Below, piece by piece: positions 25,804 through 32,325 of a stretch of 32,325 bases of DNA; the stretch's first letter is position 1; each line of letters opens with the position of its first letter. The notes beneath the pieces are model-generated. The model did no database searches. It was not told where the DNA came from and was given only the letters and a program-made list of their open reading frames with translations. The stretch comes from a virus (lineage: Duplodnaviria; Caudoviricetes), in IMG/VR virus record IMGVR_UViG_3300016467_001112, positions 1 to 32,325 of that record; one strand, written 5' to 3'. A program made the position numbers and the translations under genes.

Positions 25804-26403
25804 ATTAAAGATGTTGAACCACGTTCTTTCACAATAATGGGCTTCTACGGGACTAGATGAGTGCAACAGCGTGTTGTAAATTGAAATGTAACTTTCAAGC
25901 TTTCTTTTTAGGATAAATTCTTTCTTTACAGAAAACAGAGCATTCCAAAATACCATAGGACTTTTCTGGTATGGCTCGCTAGTGGTTTTCTCCCACCATT
26001 CTCCCAAATTGTATCCCTTGGGATTGGATATTTGGCCCTTCCATTCCGATATTGTGAAGTCTTTTTTGTTAGACATATGTTCTCCCCATCTGTCGCTGGA
26101 GAGATTTTGAACTTTGTGGCTATATCCTTTTTCTTCTATGTTGAATAGGCTTTCCATGTTAATTGGGTGTTCTAACGGATTGCCTTGAAGAAATATCAGG
26201 GTTTCATCAAGATTGTGATAGTTGGTTATTACATGTCTGAGGTAGGAGTGTGATTCTCTTCCTACATTTTCTAGTCTTATTGAACTTTCTATTTCATCTT
26301 CGCCCTTGTTATAGACTATGGAATTGTATTTTTTAGACCAAGAGACATCCTCTTTATATCGAGCGATGATGACTTTGTATTCACTCATACGAGGCCCAAT
26401 CAA
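25795..26403 (-). CDS. DUF3431-like putative glycosyltransferase-associated protein
   Basis: IARYKEDVSW, VYNKG, NVGRESHSYL.H...NY..L....IFLQG.P..H, ERTW..IF; true start may be ATG 26388. Confidence 0.85.
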   Translation of the reverse strand: MIGPRMSEYKVIIARYKEDVSWSKKYNSIVYNKGEDEIESSIRLENVGRESHSYLRHVITNYHNLDETLIFLQGNPLEHPINMESLFNIEEKGYSHKVQNLSSDRWGEHMSNKKDFTISEWKGQISNPKGYNLGEWWEKTTSEPYQKSPMVFWNALFSVKKEFILKRKLESYISIYNTLLHSSSPVEAHYCERTWFNIFNLC

Positions 26404-27082
26404 TTTGAGAAAAATTCATTTTAGAACGAACAAAGTTCATTTGATCCATTTTTTCTTTCATGTTTCCCACGCAAGTGGCGTGGTGCATGACTATGTTGGC
26501 AGAATTGATCAGCCCGACATAATCGTCATAATGCACACAACATCCGTGGACATATTTCCTGGCCTCTAGAAATTTGGCTTTTATTCCTAGTGATCTTATT
26601 TTGTGATTGATCACCTCTTGATCAGCCAATCTATAATTTGTTATATCAGTTTCGCAAACCTGCCTAACAAAATTCAATGTTGTATTGTTTTTTTTGATTA
26701 GAAAAAATCCTCCATTGAAGTCGCCTTGCGAGTTTTCGTCTACAGTTCCTCCTTCTCGCTGTCCGAGGTATTCTGTGTCTGATTCGGACATCAAATTGGC
26801 TCTTTCAAGAAGATCTTTTGGTCTGAAGAATTGTATGTCTGCGTCGGATATGCAGATCAATTGACCTTCTTGGGATTCAGAAATGGTATGAAAGAGAAAT
26901 TTTATTTTTTCAGAAAGATTTTCGTACCAACTTTTTGATCTGAAATTTCTTTCTGTGTCGTTGGTTTTTATTCTATTGAGTGAGATTTCTATTTCAGCAG
27001 AACATTCCGCCAAATTTGAAATTAAGTGTCTGCACATCGGAGAAAAGTGATCGTCATAAGTTATGCAGAACTTTAATTTCAT
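26381..27082 (-). CDS. GT-A nucleotide-diphospho-sugar transferase (GT77/GT34-like)
   Basis: SDADIQFF, FNGGFFLIK....T..F, DQEVIN, HHAT...K. Confidence 0.82.
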   Translation of the reverse strand: MKLKFCITYDDHFSPMCRHLISNLAECSAEIEISLNRIKTNDTERNFRSKSWYENLSEKIKFLFHTISESQEGQLICISDADIQFFRPKDLLERANLMSESDTEYLGQREGGTVDENSQGDFNGGFFLIKKNNTTLNFVRQVCETDITNYRLADQEVINHKIRSLGIKAKFLEARKYVHGCCVHYDDYVGLINSANIVMHHATCVGNMKEKMDQMNFVRSKMNFSQIDWASYE

Positions 27083-27117
27083 GGCAATACCCTCTTCATA
27101 GTTATTGCCACGAAATT
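27075..27117 (-). promoter_or_regulatory. 15-bp stem hairpin covering the start codon of the GT77-like gene
   Basis: mRNA AAUUUCGUGGCAAUA-13 nt loop-UAUUGCCAUGAAAUU (one G-U pair). Confidence 0.6.
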
Positions 27118-28988
27118 TATTTTAATTTTTCTATGCAATGAATTATATTTTTGTTTTTTGAGAAAGGCCCTGAATATTTTTCTTCCGAAATCTTTGACAT
27201 GACGCAGGTCACTGATTTGTTCTCGTCCATTATGACTATGTCGTCTCCGTTCCTCTTCCAGAATCTCTCGTTAAAATTGTTATAAACACCTATTTTCCCG
27301 TCGCTATCAAGCCTTAGCGTTCCTATATTCCTACGTCCTCCGTTTTCCTCGGCGTAGAACTCCCAGAATTCGCCTGCATTGGGGTCTTTGCTGATCGGGC
27401 GGTTAGACTTTGCTTCCAACATATTTTTCTTAAATTGTTCGTATTCGCCCCATTTTTCGGTGATGTAATGAATATGAGAAAATCTGCCTTGGGGGTTGAT
27501 GGCGCTGTAATCCTGGTTTTTACAGAAAGGAGAAAGAAAAAGACATTCCACTATTGGGACTTTGGCAACTCTCGCGGCAACATACGGCACTTGGTCTCCA
27601 AATATTGGGCGACGAGCCTTGCAAAGTTCCATGAACTCACGCAGTCCATCCCAGTTTTTGATCCTTTCCACAGCGGGTCTTGAAATTATAGATGGTTCCC
27701 AAGCGTGTATGAAGTAAGGAGTTGTGTCAAACTTGCTTATGTCGTTGCTGGAAAAAAGAAAATTGGGGACCTTCATCAGTCTTATAATGTTCTGGAGCCC
27801 CATTTCAAGATCGGTATTTCTTCCGCCCATAAGCATCATCGGATCGCGGGAGTCATAATATTGATCTAGAAGTTCAATTGTTTTATCAATGTCAGTGCTG
27901 GAGTCGTCATCCACTTGCATGACCCAGTCCGATTCCAAATTTTCTTCGGAAAGATATTTAATGAACCTCATGCTCAAGGGAAGTTCGGGATATTTGTGCC
28001 ATCCGAATGATTGATCGACGAAATCGGGCCTGTCTTCTTCCTCCACGAGAAATACTATCTTCGCTTTGCATTCTGGGTCTGAATTCTTGAATCCGTAGCT
28101 TCCTATGAAATCCATGAGCCTTTTCTTGTACTTATCATTTTTTGCACACGCCAGAACGCACAATGTAATTGTTGATTTCATCTTTTTTTCCCCAAGTTTA
28201 ACGAGTATTTTCTTAATTCTTTTTACTGCATCGGAGCGCTTTAGATTTGATAGGGCGAACTGATATGCGTTGTCGGCTATCTTCTCGCACTCATGGGGGT
28301 GATCCTCCGCCCATTTGAACTTTTGTTCCATGTCAGAAAGGTCTTCGGCGACCGGGATGTAATGAACAAACGGATCCATGCCCCAGAACCAATATTCATG
28401 AAGTCTTCTTGCCTGATAGAAGAGAACTCTTCTTGTGTGAAAGAGCAGTTTGGTTCTCCCGCTATAGCCGTTACCCTGAAGATCAAGCATGTACCTGTAG
28501 TCGCAGTGATCAGGAAGCGACAAGTATTTCTGAGGCAATACAGAAGAATGTCCCCAGTGGTCTCTGTGGTAGACTATTTCCATCTTCGGATGCGATGAAA
28601 ACTTTTCTACAAAAGTCCTTCTGGTTGGATGACTGATCTGTCCTGCCCAGAAGAGCTTGTCAAACTTGTAAGGATATTTCGCCCTTTCCTTAATGCGTTC
28701 ACACATCTCGGAGTAGTCATCTATCTTGGCCTCTTTCCAATGGTCGAATATGTAGCACGGAAGAGTTCTTTCGGTGTATCTGTCCGAGCAGATCGTATAT
28801 TCCCCGTCTCCGTGGTCATCTACCTTGAACAGTGCATCAAAAGAGGCAAGATTTGCCTTTTCCTCATCTGACATGGTGGAAAAGGCCTGTGAAACGAGCC
28901 TTTCCATGCTCCCGCCTCTGTCGCACCAGCAATTTCTGCTCGTGGTTCGCAATTCTCCGTTGTTCCAAGAAACTAGAACATCTCCCAT
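27117..28988 (-). CDS. two-domain glycosyltransferase: GT90/CAP10-like plus Fringe/GT31-like GT-A, with small C-terminal beta domain
   Basis: LFWAG...YLSLPDHCDYRYMLDLQGNGYSGR.K.L...P.VHYIPV.EDLSD..K.KW....EKIA.NA (GT90); DWVMQVDDDS..D......LL..YY....P..L.G (Fringe/C1GalT-like). Confidence 0.85.
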   Translation of the reverse strand: MGDVLVSWNNGELRTTSRNCWCDRGGSMERLVSQAFSTMSDEEKANLASFDALFKVDDHGDGEYTICSDRYTERTLPCYIFDHWKEAKIDDYSEMCERIKERAKYPYKFDKLFWAGQISHPTRRTFVEKFSSHPKMEIVYHRDHWGHSSVLPQKYLSLPDHCDYRYMLDLQGNGYSGRTKLLFHTRRVLFYQARRLHEYWFWGMDPFVHYIPVAEDLSDMEQKFKWAEDHPHECEKIADNAYQFALSNLKRSDAVKRIKKILVKLGEKKMKSTITLCVLACAKNDKYKKRLMDFIGSYGFKNSDPECKAKIVFLVEEEDRPDFVDQSFGWHKYPELPLSMRFIKYLSEENLESDWVMQVDDDSSTDIDKTIELLDQYYDSRDPMMLMGGRNTDLEMGLQNIIRLMKVPNFLFSSNDISKFDTTPYFIHAWEPSIISRPAVERIKNWDGLREFMELCKARRPIFGDQVPYVAARVAKVPIVECLFLSPFCKNQDYSAINPQGRFSHIHYITEKWGEYEQFKKNMLEAKSNRPISKDPNAGEFWEFYAEENGGRRNIGTLRLDSDGKIGVYNNFNERFWKRNGDDIVIMDENKSVTCVMSKISEEKYSGPFSKNKNIIHCIEKLK

Positions 28989-29025
28989 GACTATAGAATA
29001 GTTGGATAAAAAAGGCTTTTTCCGC

Positions 29026-29031
29026 TATAAT
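29026..29031 (+). promoter_or_regulatory. sigma70-type -10 box 6 nt before helicase ATG
   Basis: TGGATA-N17-TATAAT-taaact-ATG; no SD. Confidence 0.5.
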
Positions 29032-29037
29032 TAAACT

Positions 29038-30447
29038 ATGAAGGAAACCGTCCTCCGCATCCAGAACTGCTACTCCTGGCTCTACTGCGAAAAGCCTGCG
29101 GTTTTGAGCGTACTCCACGAGAACATGAGGTTCCGGGAGCGGGGCTACTTCCATAGTAGGCTCTACAAGCAGAAGCTCTGGGACGGGTACACCGAGTTCT
29201 TCAGTAAGAAGACGGGCAGATTTCTGACCGGACTCCTCCCCGAGGTTAAGGCCGCCCTCGCCCACATAGGTGAGGAATTCAGGGTTCTTGATGAGCGGGG
29301 GGAATTTGAATTCAAGTTCAATGAAATAGACGAAGACTTTCTCGGCAAGGGCATAAAACTCTACGACTATCAGGTTGATCTTACCAATGCCTTGATCAAA
29401 CACAGGCGGGGAGTGATATGTGCGCCCACTGCCGCGGGAAAGACCAACATTATGGTATCAATTCTAAAGGCGTTGCCCAGTGGATGCCCGACTCTTGTCC
29501 TTGCGAACAAGAAAAGCCTCGTGGAACAGAACTACGAGGAGATAGTTAAGTGGGGATTCCAAAATGTAGGAAGGCTCTACGGAAAATACAAGGAACCAGG
29601 CGTCATAACCTGCGCCACCGTGCAGTCTCTCCACAAGATGGAGCCTCTTCTAGACAAGGTTAAGGTTCTTGTGGTGGACGAGATACATGAGAACATGAGC
29701 AAGGAGCCCAAGAAATACTTCAACAAGATGAAGAGCTGCTCGGTGAGAGCCGCCGTGAGCGCCACTCCATTCAAGTTCGGAGGAAAAGACCTATGCCAGA
29801 AGTGGCTCGTAAAGGGCTATTTCGGCCCTGCCCTCAAGTCCAAAAGTGCGGGCGGCGTTCTCACTACGAGCCATCTCCAGGAACGCGGGATGCTCTCGAA
29901 GAGCCGTTGCGTTTTCTACCCCGTGAGGGAGCCTGATCTCAAGTACGAGATATACATGGATGCGGTCACTCGTGGCATAGCGGAGAACTGGCACTTCCAC
30001 GAGATGATAAAAAACCTTTCAGCCAGGCTAGAGGGCAGGACTCTGATTCTCGTAGAGCGGATAGCACAAGGCGACTCCCTCGCCTCGCTCATCCCCGGAT
30101 CTTTGTGGGTTCAGGGAAAGGACGACCTTGATACAAGAAAGATGGTCATAGAAAAGCTCAAGACATCCAAGGAGCGGGTGGTGGCCATAGGCACGCAGCA
30201 GATTTTCACCGCCGGCATCAATGTAATGACTCACAATGTGGTCAATGCGGCTGGAGGCCAAGCCGACCACCATATCATTCAGAGAGTTGGCAGAGGGCTC
30301 AGGACGGCCGACGACAAGGATATTCTCAACTACTACGACTTCGTGTTCCACAACAACGACTATCTCCTTGAACACAGCAAGAAGAGGATCAAAATACTTA
30401 AAAAAGAGGGTCACGAAATAGTGATCAGGAATGAGATAGACTTCTGA
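29038..30447 (+). CDS. uvsW: SF2 DNA helicase, UvsW-like
   Basis: LYDYQ, PTAAGKT, DEIH, SAT, QRVGRGLR; N-terminal YKQKLWDG typical of UvsW-like proteins. Confidence 0.9.
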   Translation: MKETVLRIQNCYSWLYCEKPAVLSVLHENMRFRERGYFHSRLYKQKLWDGYTEFFSKKTGRFLTGLLPEVKAALAHIGEEFRVLDERGEFEFKFNEIDEDFLGKGIKLYDYQVDLTNALIKHRRGVICAPTAAGKTNIMVSILKALPSGCPTLVLANKKSLVEQNYEEIVKWGFQNVGRLYGKYKEPGVITCATVQSLHKMEPLLDKVKVLVVDEIHENMSKEPKKYFNKMKSCSVRAAVSATPFKFGGKDLCQKWLVKGYFGPALKSKSAGGVLTTSHLQERGMLSKSRCVFYPVREPDLKYEIYMDAVTRGIAENWHFHEMIKNLSARLEGRTLILVERIAQGDSLASLIPGSLWVQGKDDLDTRKMVIEKLKTSKERVVAIGTQQIFTAGINVMTHNVVNAAGGQADHHIIQRVGRGLRTADDKDILNYYDFVFHNNDYLLEHSKKRIKILKKEGHEIVIRNEIDF

Positions 30448-30469
30448 TCCCGTCCCATATATAGCCTTC

Positions 30470-31261
30470 ATGGACACCTTTAGGCAGTGGCTCGAGAGCC
30501 GCGACATATTCGGTTTCGAGGGAAAAAGAGAGGAGAGGCCCAAGGCCAAGGATGAGGACCCAATAGTCCCCATGAACGCAGAGGTCATCATAGAGACCAT
30601 GCTCGACACCGAGATAGAAGGCCGAAAGGCATTCTCGGACTACCCAGACCAGGTACAGTGGGGAAGGGAGCCAGGGGCAATGCAGATGGTCATAAGTCCG
30701 CTTGGCTCTTTCAAGAGCATCGTCAGAAAGCTTCAGACCAACCTGAAGGGAGAAAGCGTCTGGGTGTGCAAGAAGATAATACCCTACAGGGACATCATGC
30801 ACTCCAACTTGAGATTTGACGAAGCGTTCGCCATGGATCTGTTCGAGCAGATAGAGGAGATTAGCAAAGGTGAAATAGAAGCTCCCGTTTGGGATTACAA
30901 CGGTCTTGAGCCTCTTACGCTCAAAATCGCCAACAGATGCATCAGAAAGGATGTTCTGCCTGATATCTTCGTTTTCAGGGGTGTCCGTGAAATCAAGAAG
31001 AACGAGAACTATCTGATATTCTTTGAGCCAAGGGGTCAAGGAGTTGAAGCTCCGGGTTCCGCTCGCGTGGAGCAATTCGTGATCGATATGAGTTATGACG
31101 GCAGCACGGGCATGATCAGAAGTTTCGGCCATGACATTCAATCGCCAACTAAGGGACATCTCTGGTACCCCCAGCCATCCGAGTGGGACGAATACTTTTC
31201 ACCCACGCAGGATCAGAACGAAGTGATTCAGGCGATATCTTCTGCATTCAGGACATACTAA
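30470..31261 (+). CDS. hypothetical protein, possible internal head protein
   Basis: 263-aa ORF; TATATA-N6-ATG; N-terminus MDTFRQWLE. Confidence 0.82.
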   Translation: MDTFRQWLESRDIFGFEGKREERPKAKDEDPIVPMNAEVIIETMLDTEIEGRKAFSDYPDQVQWGREPGAMQMVISPLGSFKSIVRKLQTNLKGESVWVCKKIIPYRDIMHSNLRFDEAFAMDLFEQIEEISKGEIEAPVWDYNGLEPLTLKIANRCIRKDVLPDIFVFRGVREIKKNENYLIFFEPRGQGVEAPGSARVEQFVIDMSYDGSTGMIRSFGHDIQSPTKGHLWYPQPSEWDEYFSPTQDQNEVIQAISSAFRTY

Positions 31262-31262
31262 A

Positions 31263-31466
31263 ATGACATTCAAGCAGTATCTCGAAGAAATGGCGGGGAC
31301 TTTTGGATTGGTTTCATGCAAGGACAGAAAAAATCCAAACTTTCAGATTTGGGGAGCTATGTCTGATCTCAAATGCAAGAGCAAGAAAGGAAAAAATTCA
31401 ATCCTCAAAATGAAATTCAATGGAGATAAGGAGAATTCTGATGGCGAAATCCGCAAAAAGCAATGA
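31263..31466 (+). CDS. small hypothetical protein
   Basis: Starts 1 nt after the upstream stop; N-terminus MTFKQYLEE. Confidence 0.72.
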   Translation: MTFKQYLEEMAGTFGLVSCKDRKNPNFQIWGAMSDLKCKSKKGKNSILKMKFNGDKENSDGEIRKKQ

Positions 31467-31704
31467 CACCAATCTCAGAAAAGCGATAGTGGACATAGCC
31501 AAGGAATTGGAGTCCGTATTCAAGAAATATAGCAGACAGACAAGGACAAAAGCTTGGGAGAAAATAACAAGCAAGGATGGCGAAAAAGAGATCAGAAAGA
31601 TACTTAATGACCCCGCTCGCCCTATTAATACTTTTCAGAAATTGGCCACAAAGAACGAGGCGATCCTAGGTTTTAAAGAATGGATTGACAGAAAATCAAA
31701 GTGA
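31441..31704 (+). CDS. small basic hypothetical protein
   Basis: ATG 31441 with SD AAGGAG; ends GFKEWIDRKSK. Confidence 0.72.
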   Translation: MAKSAKSNDTNLRKAIVDIAKELESVFKKYSRQTRTKAWEKITSKDGEKEIRKILNDPARPINTFQKLATKNEAILGFKEWIDRKSK

Positions 31705-31737
31705 ATTGTTCGCATTAATCTCCCGTGGTCTCGTAGA

Positions 31738-32325
31738 TCAACAGCATCCGCAACAAGGCGAGTAATTTCCGCAGTTCAATCCTCCGCCGCATACGCAGTC
31801 TGTTACGAAATAGCCCGCGGACGATGTCACTCCTGGAGTCAAGACCCTTGTTGTGGTGCCCGGGTCTCCTCCGCAACACGGGGCGAACGAAATGCTGATG
31901 GAGCCTTGTCCTCCGACAAGTCGGTAACTTATGTTCCCTAGGTTTGTAAAGGTAGATGAAGAAGCCAAGTTTCCAGACAAAATTAAAGCCCCTCCATTGT
32001 TGTTGTCTGTTACCGTATAGGCTGTTGAGTTTGATGTATTTACTGCTCCGCTGGCCTGGTCGCAGTTGTTGTTGAACCATCTGAATCTCAATTCCAGCTG
32101 AGAAGTGCCTATTGCTATAGTTTGCGTGGGTGTGATTGTTTGCGTGGGTGTGATTGTTTGGGTTGGTGTCCTTGTGGGAGTTATGGTGGGAGTGATGGTT
32201 TGAGTGGGAGTTCTTGTTGGTGTAATTGTTTGAGTGGGAGTGATAGTTTGGGTCGGGGTTATAGTTTGAGTGGGAGTTTTTGTTGGTGTAATAGTTTGAG
32301 TGGGAGTGATGGTTTGTGTAGGGGT
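31738..32325 (-). CDS. 3' part of a Thr-Pro repeat (mucin-like) protein with Cys-rich C-terminal domain (partial)
   Basis: The frame of track ORF 31738..32091 stays open to the window edge: (TPTQTI)n...IAIGTSQLELRFRWF...CVCGGGLNCGNYSPCCGCC*. Confidence 0.85.
   Translation of the reverse strand, partial: TPTQTITPTQTITPTKTPTQTITPTQTITPTQTITPTRTPTQTITPTITPTRTPTQTITPTQTITPTQTIAIGTSQLELRFRWFNNNCDQASGAVNTSNSTAYTVTDNNNGGALILSGNLASSSTFTNLGNISYRLVGGQGSISISFAPCCGGDPGTTTRVLTPGVTSSAGYFVTDCVCGGGLNCGNYSPCCGCC
32116..32325 (-). repeat. degenerate 18-bp tandem repeat encoding TPTQTI, with TPTR/TPTK/TPTI interruptions
   Basis: Repeated gtttgagtgggagtgat-like units with third-position variation. Confidence 0.9.

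Noticed and set aside
16699-28988. Eukaryotic or giant-virus origin suggested by SET, GT90 and Fringe-like genes
   Set aside because: Contractile tail genes, a bacterial-type sigma, SD motifs and Rho-independent terminators indicate a bacteriophage
32116-32325. CRISPR array or non-coding repeat
   Set aside because: No unique spacers; units are multiples of 3 with synonymous variation inside an open frame
1-32325. Stop-codon reassignment, tRNA genes or introns
   Set aside because: Conserved genes are intact under the standard code, all three stops end plausible genes, intergenic gaps are short and I saw no cloverleaf

Overview
A 32.3-kb segment of a large contractile-tailed dsDNA bacteriophage with a distantly T4-like gene set. 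It uses the standard genetic code, is densely coding and switches strand often. Tail genes include a gp15-like terminator, a 911-aa sheath, two Cys-rich tube paralogs and a gp26-like assembly protein followed by a small unlisted ORF reachable by a -1 frameshift. There is a gp55-like sigma factor next to a small HTH-like protein. Replication and nucleotide genes are SbcCD/gp46-47, a UvsW-like helicase, a resolvase-like nuclease, dUTPase and a class Id-like ribonucleotide reductase whose alpha subunit carries a 143-aa mini-intein at the catalytic Cys. Accessory genes include a SET-domain protein, a Pmp3/YqaE proteolipid, two HExxH proteins and at least four glycosyltransferase genes. The main unexplained signals are: (1) a recurrent TANATA box 4-6 nt before start codons, palindromic and bidirectional in places, implying leaderless mRNAs and mostly serving proteins with T4 capsid-targeting-like N-termini; (2) a glycosylation cassette with eukaryote-type folds (GT90 + Fringe/GT31-like fusion, GT77-like, DUF3431, methyltransferase), with mucin-like Thr-Pro repeat proteins at both window ends; (3) a tandem slippery site joining the gp26-like ORF to the next ORF. 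All family assignments are from motif recognition by eye, not from database searches.
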